A stretch of DNA of 64,000 nucleotides, taken from the NCBI RefSeq assembly GCF_001194135.2, contig NC_068985.1, positions 26,082,919 through 26,146,918 of the forward strand, read 5' to 3'. Each line of letters begins with the position of its first letter. The stretch's first letter is position 1. Source of the stretch: Octopus bimaculoides (taxonomy: Eukaryota). Below the pieces are notes generated by a model. That model had not been told where the DNA came from and ran no database searches. It saw only the letters and a program-made list of their open reading frames with translations. The translations under genes were made by a program, and so were the position numbers. This document shows, in pieces, positions 1 to 12,700 of this stretch.

Positions 1-388
1 TATATTCTCCATGACAAAACACAAACACAGTGATCAGCTTGTTCCCCAGTTTGAACATGCATCAAGCATATTCAGACTAATAACAACATATATATATATA
101 GTAAAATTTCTTTGTGTATTGTATAGGCAGTAGTTTGAAGTACTCAGATAAAAGCCCAAGACAGAAAATATAAAAAATGTTAAGGAGAATTCAAATAGGT
201 TCAACAATTTATATAAACATATATTGTACCATGGTTCGACATATACCAGTTTTTAAATATACAAATGTATCAATCATTAAAATATTGAAACATATTAAAA
301 ACCTATGAATACATAAATATATAAAAATTTAATATACATAAATAGATGAATGAGATTAAGTTGTAAAAGTATAGCTGTATAAAAATAA

Positions 389-750
389 ATATAAAGACAT
401 TTAGAATTACAATCATATTAAAAGGTTTTGTAAAATGACATTGTAGAAAATATTTTAATATAAATTTACCCTTACAAGAAGGTGAATAAAATAAAGTCTT
501 TTGAAAAGAGCAAATAAAGAAAAATTATAGCGTTGAGATGAGATTTTTCAGAAAATATATGTAATTAATGTAAGAAAATTTTCTTAGATTAGTTACATAT
601 ATTTACTGAAAAATCTAAATCTCAACGCTATGATTTTCCTTTATTTGCTTTTTTCATAAGGTTATTTTGTTCACAGTCTTGTAAGGTCATATTTTAAAAT
701 ATTTTTTACAACACCTTTTAATACGATTGTAATTCTAAATGTCTTTATAT
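389..750. repeat. AT-rich foldback palindrome abutting an N gap
   Basis: Centre TAAGAAAATTTTCTTA (571-586); ATATAAAGACATTTAGAATTACAATC at 389 mirrors GATTGTAATTCTAAATGTCTTTATAT ending at 750. Confidence 0.8.
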
Positions 751-881
751 NNNNNNNNNNNNNNNNNNNNNNNNNNNNNNNNNNNNNNNNNNNNNNNNNN
801 NNNNNNNNNNNNNNNNNNNNNNNNNNNNNNNNNNNNNNNNNNNNNNNNNNNNNNNNNNNNNNNNNNNNNNNNNNNNNNNNN
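751..881. other. Assembly gap (N run); further gaps at 24701-24800 and 42353-42505
   Basis: Runs of N. Confidence 1.
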
Positions 882-970
882 TATATATATATATATATAT
901 ATTTATACAGCTATGCTTTTACAACTAAATCTCATTTGTCTATCAATATATGTATATTAAATTTTTATAT

Positions 971-1206
971 GTGGAGGTGAGTGGCTTAATGGTTAGGGTG
1001 TCAGCATCATGATCGCAAGATTGTGGTTTCGATTCCTGGACTGGGCAACGTGTTGTTTTCTTGAGCAAAACACTTCATTTCACGTTGCTCCAGCCCACTC
1101 AGCTGGCAAAAATGAGTAACGCTGCGATGGACTGGCGTCCTGTCCAGCTGGGGAACACACGCCATTGAAACCGGGCCCATGAGCCTGGCTAGGCTTTAAA
1201 AGGGTG
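971..1206 (+). mobile_element. tRNA-derived SINE with CORE-like central motif
   Basis: A-box TGGCTTAATGG, B-box GGTTTCGATTCC, then TTCTTGAGCAAAACACTT; an inverted second copy lies at 43800-44035. Confidence 0.7.
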
Positions 1207-1626
1207 CAAAAAAAAATTTTTTTTTAATATATTTATGTATTCATAGATATTTAATGTTTTTAATAATTGATACATTTGTATATTTAAAAACTGATATACG
1301 TTGATCCACGGCACAATACTTGCATGATAACACTTGTTTACACCTATCACAATATATCAAGACAAGTGTGATACTCAGGGGCAGAAATCTAGATTTTGCA
1401 ATTCCACTGCCACTGGACACTTTCCATTTGCTACTAATATACTTGTGCTTCTTAGCACTATATATATAAATATCTATGCAAGATACTTTCTCGAGATGAA
1501 TACCACAGTTTTATGGTTTTCTACAGTATATCCACATTAAGTAAAATATACAGAAATATATATATATATATATATGCGAGTAAAAATAAATACAAAAAAG
1601 GTGGGTTTTTTGTATGATTGTGTATG

Positions 1627-1670
<44 letters not shown>

Positions 1671-2072
1671 TTAGATTTTTGGGGCCAACCAATTTTGAAC
1701 AGTCTCAAGTGTAACAGGTCAAAACTGATGATAATTGGAAACTGACTGATGAATAGGCCACAAATGATCTGTCCTGGTTTTTCCTGTCCCTATGTCTTTA
1801 TTGTCATCCATTATATTCTTATTCCGTTTTTTTTTATTTATATATATAGCGGCGTATGTACACCTTTATACAAACACACACACACATACATACAGGTTTC
1901 AGTTTCTGCCTACCAAATCCACAGGCAAGACTTTGGTCAGCCAGGGGCTGTGAAAGACACTTGCCTAAGTTGCCATGCAGTGGTACTGAACTCAAAACCA
2001 CATAGCTAGGGAGCAAGCTTCTTCTTAACCACACAGCTATACCTGCACCTAAACACACACACACACACACAC

Positions 2073-2220
2073 ATCATCATCGTTTAACGTCCGTTTTCCA
2101 TGCTAGCTTGGGTTGGACGATTTGACTGAGGACTGGTGAAACCAGATGGCTACACCAGGCTCCAATCTGATTTGGCAGAGTTTCTACAGCTGGATGCCCT
2201 TCCTAACGCCAACCACTCAG
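2073..2220 (-). mobile_element. RTE 3'-end copy
   Basis: CATCATCATCGTTTAACGTCCGTTTTCCATGC..CAGCTGGATGCCCTTCCTAACGCCAACC. Confidence 0.7.
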
Positions 2221-2345
2221 AATATATATATATATATATCAGTATTGTCAAAATGATTGAAGAATCAGCATACTGTCTACTTTCAGTTTCCAAGTACGAA
2301 ATCCACTCACAAGGTTTTGGTCGGCCTGAAGCTATAATAAACATA

Positions 2346-2349
<4 letters not shown>

Positions 2350-2407
<58 letters not shown>
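2350..2407. repeat. (TA)n microsatellite (representative; others at 882, 1631, 5697, 42300, 42686)
   Basis: Direct inspection. Confidence 0.95.
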
Positions 2408-2410
<3 letters not shown>

Positions 2411-3272
2411 GCTGACATACCTGGTAATTCCCCGGAAAGGCGGGCTTATCCCTTGGTTCCGTTCTCATAATTGTTTCGCTAGTCCAGTAACAACAATACA
2501 AAGTATGTAGCCCTTAAAACGGTTTTTGTGTATTTATTGAGAATACCAAACTGTCTCACAAAGGATCTTGCTTTTTTAGAATTCCCAATAAGTTATGAAT
2601 ACCCAAATTGTGAAGTCAGTTATGTAATAACATGAAATTAATTACCCTATAATAAGAATTCAAATAAAGTAGCCCAGAAAAGGGCTTTAATACGTTCCTA
2701 GAGTATATAGAACATAGGAGGAAATACTAATAAGGTATGTATACTCTAAAATCATGAAACGTTACGTAATAACAGGCTAATCAGATATGAGATAATAACA
2801 ATTCAAAGTAATTAACTGTGAAAAGCTTATTCATGAATATACCAACACAAACACTTGTGTTGGTATATTCATGAATAAGTCACGAACTGAAATAAGTGGA
2901 TCTATTGTTTAGGAGAATACTATTTACTTGTTTAAGCGTTGTATTGGATAAATTGAGAAAATAACTAAAATAGTTCAAATACTAAGAAATAAGCATACTG
3001 AAAATGAATGAGTTATTTCCTTAGGTGGTTATTCCCAGGAGGAAAAGGGTTATTTCCCTCGGAAGCTTAAAAATTTTACTCCCACCCAAATGTTATTCCT
3101 CCCGCCATTTACCCAAACATTTTTTCGAAATCAATTTATACTTAAAACCTCCCCAGACACATAAGCAATGTGCGTGTGAAGTTTAAAAAATCGGTTGAGC
3201 CGTTTTGGTGCAAAATGAGGACATACCGATGCACACACACACACAGACATTTTCAGTTTTAATATGTAAGAT
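2406..3272 (+). mobile_element. Helitron-like non-autonomous element
   Basis: 5' TAGCTGAC...CCCGG and 3' (CA)n-CAGACATTTTCAGTTTTAATATGTAAGAT resemble the termini of Lep1-type Helitron derivatives; family assignment is by recall only. Confidence 0.45.
2826..2879. repeat. Perfect 25-bp inverted repeat with 4-nt loop
   Basis: CTTATTCATGAATATACCAACACAA-ACAC-TTGTGTTGGTATATTCATGAATAAG. Confidence 0.95.
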
Positions 3273-5695
3273 AAGAACAATAAACATGATCAGATTTATT
3301 AAAAAATTTATTCACAATTCTTGCAAAAGTGGTCGATAATTTCTCCAAAATCATTGAAAGCATAACAAATAAATAGAAAAGAGCAAAATGTATTTTATTG
3401 CTTCTTTATAGAAGAAATACATTAAAAAAAAAATTAGCAAGACCATTTATAACAAAATGAATGGACAGAAACAGTCAAAACTGTATGAAAAGACTACACT
3501 GCATGGAGTGCTATTCTAACCAGTGAATAATAGAACAGCAGCAAGAGCAGTTGTCAGTTATATACCAGAGGAAAAACAGGAACAACCATCTGACACTACA
3601 GTGAGGAATAAGAGGAGGAGACAGTAGGTACCTATTTCACATACCTCTGGTTCTTTTTAAGTAGAAATACCTATTTGAATAGCTGGTTTCAATCCTGGCA
3701 TGGCTAAGGTGTTGATTATCTTAATAATGACACTATTCTCATCATCAGGACTGTTTCAACTGGTTTACAGCAAAGGAAATAACACAGTTCAAATGGCGGT
3801 GGTGCTGTCATTTCACTACAAGAGAAAATAGAAGAAACTTCAAATAAGTATCATCTAATCATCTATGAAAGTTAACATATGTCAACACAATCTAAAAACA
3901 AACACCTTCATTGCACACCACATGTTCTAGCATAAACAATAGTTCCTGCTCAAATCAAAAAGAAATATCTTTTTGATTGGCTGTTATGAAAGACAAATTC
4001 AATTTTTTTTTAAAATTTGTAAATCACCATAAGACTAAAAATTCAACTATAAGATACAGCTCCCATATAATTGCCATCTGAATAAAAAAAAATGTGTGAA
4101 TAATCTAACAAAATGAATAATGTGAATCTAATAGATGACAGACAAATATTCTTAATTTATATTTGCAACACCATTTGTTAGTTTAAAAAATGGTACTGAG
4201 TAAAAATGATGATAAGGAATAAAAAATATATACATTAAGTTGCAAATTTTATTAATGAACACAAAAAATATGTGGTCAAGTAATATCTGAAGGAAATATT
4301 TTGTCAATTTTCAGAGCAATGAAAAACAAAAATGGTTTCAGGAAATACAGAAAACAAATCTATACCAACAGAAAATTTAAGAATATTTTCTATTGATTGA
4401 AAATGAAAAGAAAAATAAATGGTTTGGAAAATAATAATAATAATAATAAAAAAAAACTATTAGATTTGTTGTTCTGTTTTTATTTAACTCTATGATTTTA
4501 ATTAGATACAAAACATGATATACTTAAAACAAAATATGATGATAATGAAACAATACTTGTCATTCAAATTTTTGCAAGAAACCTTTCATCTAATATTTTT
4601 TTTTTTTATTATAATACAAGGAAAGTTTGTTTTCTTTATTATTTAGAGTCACTGAAAAAATAAATGACAAAAAAGTTTATATTTTACCCAAATAAGCTAA
4701 GTTAAAATTAGCCAACAATATTCTTTGGTTTATCCGAGTGAGGAAATTTTCAGTTAGCAAGGAGGAATCAGAATTTTATCAGTTTAGCATTTGAAACTAA
4801 TACTTTTTTTTTTTAAGAGGCAGCTGTATGCTTGTTGTTTACTAATAAAAATGTAGTAATAATAAATGTATTAAACTTATTTAAAAAAAGTACTTCTCAA
4901 AAAATCTTGCCATATAATGTAAGGCAATAATTTAAATGCATTTCTTTTTTCAAAAAAAAAAAAAAAATTTGTAAAGATATTTCAATAATAAATCAGTGCG
5001 CAAAATTTTCAGTCAAGGATACAGATTGAATTACGCTAAAAGTGATGGTACAGGGAAGGTGTCTGTATGTGCTGTCACCACCCCCCAGCAGTCAGTCAGT
5101 CAATGTCTTTAAACGCTTGGCCAGAGAAAGCTGCACTAACCTCTGTATGCTCATCAAATCCATACATGCAGTACTCACTCCCACGATCAGCAAACATTGA
5201 GTAGAAAGCTGGTAACAAGAGAATACCTTTAATACAAACCATCTAAAAGACATGATGGCCAGTGATGAACAACTAGTAATTCAGCTTTCATATAGGGAAC
5301 ATTTCAACTATCTACATTTAAATAGTTATACTAAAACTTAGAAACAATGAAAGTGTGAAGAATATCATAGTTGAAGTCAACACATGCAAATAACCTATTG
5401 AAACTGAAGTTGTTGAACCAAGAAATACTATAAAAATGCCCTACTGTTAAAAAGATTAAAAAAAAAAAAATGACCAATAAATAAATAAATAAAATGGAAA
5501 TAAATAATTTTATTTTGATAGATTATTACAAAATAGCAATTCTGACCAATTCTGAACCCAATTAAGTGGACTTTTGTAATATAATTTTGAAAAGTAAATT
5601 AAATAATCAATGGGGAAAGCAAAAAAAAAATGAAACTTTCAAAAGGTTGGTTTATGCTAATAAGGAAAGCAACATTCTAATTTATAAAAAAACTT

Positions 5696-5727
<32 letters not shown>

Positions 5728-8700
5728 TTCAGGTATATTTTGTATAACTACATTCAAATAGCTTTTGTGGTGATATAAATATACATAACTAATTTCAGTA
5801 TTAATATCCTTCACTTTATCACCAGTCTGGCCAGTCAATAACTGAATAAAATTTACATTATGAAATCATCAGTAGAAAAAGAATAGCTAAATACTAGAGC
5901 TAAATAGATATACAGTAAAATAGAAATTAGCACTAGTAATAAGCATATGCCCGTTTAAAAGAAAGGGATCAAGAAATAATTAATCAAACCTGTTAAAACT
6001 AAAATATCTAGAAAAATTGAAATTGGCAACATGTCTTTTTCATACATTAAAAAAAAAAAAAGCCATGCAAATTCTTCAAAACTGCAAAAAAAAATTCAAT
6101 CAAACAATGACCTCTAATATTCAAATTTAATCTGAAAGTTTCAATATGAAAAAAAGTTTGTAATACCAATATTATTATGCCAATAGAGTAATCAACTCAA
6201 AACTCTATTTTGGCAGAAAAATATGACGAGATTGTGACTGCAACATCGAAATCTTGGTTTGAGAAAATTCAAAAATGGGAACAAGGGGCATCAATGGAAT
6301 ATGACGGACTACAGAAGTGGTGAGTGAAAACTCCTCATTAGGATTGCTTATCTTCAGTGTGACAGAGCAGAATAAATGTAGCCATACCTCAAATAAAACT
6401 GTTCTCTGCCTGCTGCCAATACACTCCAAACTTGTACTCATACCAATAGATGAAAATGAACAAAGACAACAGCTGTTAGCAAGCAATCTACATTGCAATA
6501 AGTTTTGAGCCATTTGTGGTTGAAAATCAGAAAATGCTGTAAAAAGAAGTTGATATCAGCAGATTGATGAGTATCGAGTTGATATAGTTAATGCATTTGT
6601 GGCTGGCATAGCCTGAGTGAAACCAGCATAATACTTTCAGGAACAAACAGGGAATGATGCACTAATTTAAAACGAAATATTATTGTAATCCTCAAACTAG
6701 TCTCAGCTTTCAATCTTGCATTGGTTTTACCATGCTGGCATAGTTAAGTGACAAACTAAAGCACAGTATGAAAATGACATACTTTTCCAATTACAAAATA
6801 TCAGTTAAGCAAGAAAAGTACACTGAAAAGCCTATCCACAAAATTCAAGGCTTTGTCACATAAGTCAAATGCTTGGTGCCCATGTTTTATAAATGGAGCG
6901 TTTTACTATAAATTATGTGAAAAAATTATTACTGAATAATCAAGTGAATAATTACATGAAATATTTAATAAATTTTGAAAATATATCTTTAAAATATAAT
7001 TAGAATTTCTCTCAAAATATTAGCATCTTCATATAGTTCTATATTTATTTTCTCATGTTAGCACAAGTACTTTTCAACTAGGTAGTGTACCTACCCAAAA
7101 AAGGTAGGAATAGAACCTGGTATTAATCAGGCAACTGCTGCAAGTTGTTATATTTCTGTCCAAGAGCTATACACAATGGCTCAAGATCTGATGGTTCATA
7201 AAGTGAGTTCTTCAAAGCTTTAACCACCAGCCACTGTAATAACAAATCATTCTGTATCTTCTCCTGTAAATTGCTTTCGTAATTTGTTAAAAGAATTTTA
7301 ACAATACAATTTCATGTCAGAAACAATTCTTACACAGAAATAATTTATGAGACTACATAACTTCTTGTAGTATGCTTCAATCTAAAGTGTTTAGTTATAT
7401 CCATTTCAACTGATATACTAATCGAAGCTAATATTTTATTTGAATATATTTTGAAATTTAAAAAGTAAGTAGATAAACCAAAGGAAATGATTCTTTTGTT
7501 TCAACTCCAAAAATCTCAGGCTACCTATTTTTAAATACTGTTACATTTGCAAGTTTGTTCCCTTTTAATTCTAAATGCAGAAGGCCATCAACTCAGGATA
7601 CACTATCAGAATCCTGGCTTTTCACTTACCTTTAGATCTGAAAGAGAAAGTGTAAATCCCCAATGTGGAAGCATTAACATATATTTCAGATTCATCTTTT
7701 TTTATATTTCTTCTGCTAATGAGAACACAGAATAAGGCAATTTAGAGTGTGTTGCTGGTATATGAACGCAAACATACACACACACTCTTGGCTAAAACAT
7801 CTATCACAACCTAAATCATACATTCAACATAACATGGAAATGAATTTTATTTCTCCAAGTAAATATATACAAATCTGCACAAAACAGAATTCAGCAGGGA
7901 AGATAGTATAAATGAAGCCGCTTACATATCAATTATCTAAGACCAAAGAAATACCTGTATAGAGAGGCAAGCATCACTGGTGTCGAGGAAGCATTGAGGC
8001 ACCGTGGTCTCATGTAACAGATTGGTAGTCAAAGCAATGCTCTCAACATTGGCGACCGAGCAATTCAAACATGGTGCTGACAAAGATTGATAGAACTGCA
8101 TAAATAGAAATCTGTCTGTATCAGAAAAGAAACTGGTCAGACTATAGGCATGTGCTTATAATAAAACCACTGGAATGATGATGGTGTCTGTGCAGGAAAA
8201 TAAAATATTAAGGCCCCATTCAAACATAACATTAAACCCGGAATATACCAGTTAGGATTTTTTTTTCATGTTGATTGATGCAGTGGTTAAAAACTTTGTT
8301 AAATGTTTAAAAAGAAGAAAAAAAAAATGAAGTGACTAAGTTTTACTTGTTTATAAAATCAAATTTCGATGTAGGTTTTTGTAATTTTTTTTTTTTTTTT
8401 GCTGCAGAGTTATTTTGATGGAGCAGTAAATAACTATTATACAAGAAAGTTGATAAAATCTAATAGTTTTGGGGGTTTTTTTTTTAGTCTGTGCTTAAAG
8501 TGTTTATTAGAATAAAATATATTGCTCTTTTCAAGTACACATTTTTATGTTTCAGAGACATTTTCAAACTAGAGGTTATTTTTTAAAATTATTTGGAAGT
8601 AAACATAAAAGAGTTAATTTAATCTGATTTTGTAGTCAATTTTGAATATCAAAACATTGGCTAGTTTATATTTCATACCTATACTCAATGTTATGTGTAA

Positions 8701-9600
8701 AGGAAAGAAAGAAATTGTTTCTTTAAATTACACAACATTCATGTATTCATTTTAGACATCAAATGATATTAAAATGAAATATATAAAATGTCAATGCTAT
8801 ATTGAGTAATTAGAGAAATTGAGATTGAAAGACTAAAAATGAATTAAGGAACTCAATCTGGCTAATTTTTGAAGAAATAAGGGCTTTCCCCATACTCCTC
8901 AAATGAGTCAAGCTTCAGCTAAGTTAAAATAGAATTATTGTAATTCTACCAGTTTTCAAATCAAGTAAAATTGAATGTTAATATTTTCTGTGATTATTTT
9001 TCTAAAAACTACAAAATTCCTATTCCAGAAAATGAAAAAGAACTGTAACACAATTATCCCTTTTGATGACATCACTATTAAGAATTATCTTAATTCGATA
9101 CCAGTATTATTATGGACAATATCAAAGCATTCTTCATTCACACACATTATCATTAACAAAAATTACAAGCAGCAACAGATTAAGATATGTTTACCAGTTC
9201 TTCAATTATCAGCCAATTCATTATCGACCTTGAACACAGATCCATGAATGGGACTATAATGGCAGGAAGAAAATCTATTAAATATACTAAAGGATGAATA
9301 CAGGTTTAAGGGGTGGGGGAGCACAGGGAACAGTAGGTGCTGATGACATTTACCAAGTATATTGTTTAGAAGTGCCATGACAGTCTGTTTTACTTTACAG
9401 ACCAACATATTTGAGTGGCTGCCGTCTATTAGCTTGGTGTCTCTTGCTCAACTCCAATGGACGAACAAATAGACAGACGGACGGATGCATGCCAGTAGAG
9501 GTCACCACTTACCTCTGAATGAGCTGAAAGCAAGATCAGGTAAACCATTAGACAGTCACTTACCAGCATAGGTTGATCAGAAGCAGGCTAGATCAATCAT

Positions 9601-9755
9601 TCATTTAGTGTCACCTTCAGAATGTGTGCCAGTTTCTTCATTACTATCATCAATATCAGCACGGCTGTCTGATGGAATTTCACCATCTTCATATTTATCA
9701 TAGTGCATCATCTCCATATGCTGGGTGTTGTCATCGTTGTACATTAACTGCTTAT
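9601..9755 (-). CDS. LUC7L3: LUC7L3 coding exon 10 (acidic C-terminus, stop)
   Basis: AATCCAG| (D)KQLMYNDDNTQHMEMMHYDKYEDGEIPSDSRADIDDSNEETGTHSEGDTK-TGA. Confidence 0.85.
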
Positions 9756-12700
9756 CTGGATTTAAAATAAAATTGGAATACCTAAGTTCTAAAGATATAG
9801 ATTATATGATCTAAGAATTGCAATATTTTGTGATATTTCCTGGTCAAGTTTTCAATGTTTCTCTCCCATATATACAAATTATGTACAATTTTGTGCTTTA
9901 AATAGATTTTATACAATAAATGAATCACAGAAAATTATGAAACCAAAATTTACAAAAATGTAAAATGCAAGACATCCAAAATGCTGCAAACGTAAAGAGT
10001 AATTTTTTTTTGTTTTTATTTCAGCAGATATCGACATACTCGATGTCATTATATAGTACCAAAGCATAAACATCACACATCATGAATAAGAGGTTTTGAA
10101 TTTCATAATTCATGTTCAACACAATTGAAAACATTATACTTCATACAAATGCTAGACTTAACACACTTTCTTGATGGTTACATGATTAATTACATATAGG
10201 GATAAGATTTCATTAAAGATTGTCTTGCATGACAGAGCCATAAAACATTTCAGTCCCACTATATTATCAGTACTTAACCTATCAGGCTTAGCTCACTTTT
10301 GTCTTTTAGTTGCCAAAACAATCTGAAACTAGACCACTAGTATAAACTGTATGCATTTGGCCAGGGACCAATACATTGTTTACTTCAATGAGCATTTGAT
10401 TACTAAGGAACTGCTACCAAGCCAAGCTCAGTATGGAGTTGGATTACTGGAAAATAGATGAAGGTGTCAAAAGGATGTTGACATGTGTAGCCAACTATAC
10501 AAAGACAGGGGATTTTCATAATGGATGACAGTGGCTTCACAGAGCAACATTCCTAGAGATCATACATTCATATATAATCAATGTCATGAACACAATTACC
10601 AACAGTTATCACTAGTTATCAAATACCATGAAACAATAAGATCCTTAGTTTGTAGGGACCAATTTCACAACTACATAGAAAAAAATAAAATAAGCATAAT
10701 TGAAACGCATGAACAATTTGACTTGTCAAGCAAGTTTACATAACACTGGTATATCACTCACATGTTTTGGATAACTACATTCAACAGAGTACCACCCACT
10801 TTTTGAATAATCTCAACTCTTCTTAATAACACCTCCACCTGAACGCATACATTTCTCCAGCTACCTCTATAATATCTCATCCTTCTTGCCTTTAACCCTC
10901 CAACGCAGAGTATAGGCCACTTATAATTGAATTCCATGTCGCATAATTTTTCGCTTCTGTACTTATACTCTGCCATGAATATCCCCCTTTCTCTAGTTCC
11001 TTTTGTGTTGATCTACGCCACGAGTTCTTAGGCCTACCCATCTTTCTATATCCATCCGGATTCCACTGTAAAGCACTTTTCGCTGCATTTGGTGTGTCCT
11101 TTCTAAGTGTGCTACCAATCCACTTCCACTTTTTCTTAAATATTTGCTCTCTAATCGGAGCTTGATTCGTTCTTTGCCATAGCTCCATATTGCTTATGTG
11201 TTCGGGTCATCTGATTTTAAGTATACTATACTTAAACTAATTATTTCTCAATACTTCCTTTTTAATACTGTTTCAATTTGGGTAAGACTTCATTGGAACA
11301 ATGTTAATTACAGCAAAAATAATAAGCATTCAAAAGAAAACAGTGCAGTAATGAGGTGGCAGTGCTAGCTCTCTAAATTCTTAGAGATTTATAGGACCTT
11401 AGTATTTTAATATGCCTTCAAGAGCACATTTTTATTTCATGATATATATTGTACATAAGGATTTACAACATAGTTAAACTCTAATGCAAAGCAACTTATT
11501 TCAAATCTTAATTTATTGCTCCAAAATGTAAGTTCTAAAGCTATATGTTATTAATCTTGTGTGCAGTAGTAAATCTTATACATATAGTATACAAGCATGA
11601 AGATTTATGCATTCATATCATACACCTGCTTCAGGTCAGCCAGACAGATTCCATTCCACTCCACATTATAAACTGGAGAATATTCGTGTACATTCTGCCA
11701 ACTAATAAACATGCAATTACAGCACTCTTGCAGCTTATAACAGTAAATTGTATCTCCATTTAGTACTCGTATATATAATTGGGTAAACTAAGAATTGTCT
11801 TTAGCAGGGATACAGCTCAGCACAAATTAATCCTCTTCAGCCAATAAGCTGGCATCCCACCAATTTGGTCAGCTATAAACCACAAAATAGCTCAATAAAT
11901 AAAAATGACAAAATTAATAGTTAGCCGCACTGAGGCAGAATTATAAAAGTGTTTTATCTGATGATCAAAATTATAACTTACCATTTTCTAAATATAAAAT
12001 TTTCCTGTCACAATTATTGCCTGGTCGCTGCTTCGAATCATTACTATTTGAGTACTGCCTGGTTTCTTGGCTGAATGACCGATAACTTGAATCCTGACTA
12101 CCAGAGCGATGTTTAAGTTCATGACTCCTTGAATGATATTTACTTAGTTCATAGCTAGGTGAGCCATTTTTAGAATCAGGACTCCGTGATCTATATTTAG
12201 GTTCTTTACTACCTGATCTATGTTTAAATTCTCTACTCCGAGACCTTCTATGATGATTTGATTGACGAGAGGAATGACTTCTAGAACTAGAATGACTCCG
12301 TGAACGATGCCGACGAGCAATTTTATGTTTTTCTCTACTACTTGATCTTTGACATCGATGACCATGGCTTCTAGAACGTCTCTTCCTAAAAATACAAGAG
12401 AAAATAAATTAATGAATTTTTGAGGTTTGATTTTCTAAACCAAACTAATCCAGAAAATACAACATACTTTGGCATTTTTTTCAAGGTAACAGCAAAGTAT
12501 TTCAAATTTGGACAATGTATTATAAGGTTTTAGAATTTGATGACATTCATACTGCAAAGAACCCAAATGTGAAGTGAAAGTTGAATCTATTTCCAGCTTG
12601 ATGGAGTAAAGGAAACAATAATGCCCTTGACTAGAGAAAGATTTGGTTTTTTTTCGTTTTTCATTTTGTGGTCTTAAATGTGTTAAATTAATAGCCAGTG

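Noticed and set aside
739-2501. Short ORFs rich in YI, HT or VC repeats or X
   Set aside because: Translations of (TA)n and (CA)n microsatellites, N gaps and SINE/LINE tails; the same applies to 42242-42522.
3742-3757. Hammerhead-like GAAAC-A-GTC-CTGATGA on the minus strand
   Set aside because: There is no room for stem I and no stem II can be formed, so this is a chance juxtaposition.
12144-12365. 73-aa ORF with repeated NLNIDQVV-like units
   Set aside because: Shifted frame of RS-rich LUC7L3 exon 9.
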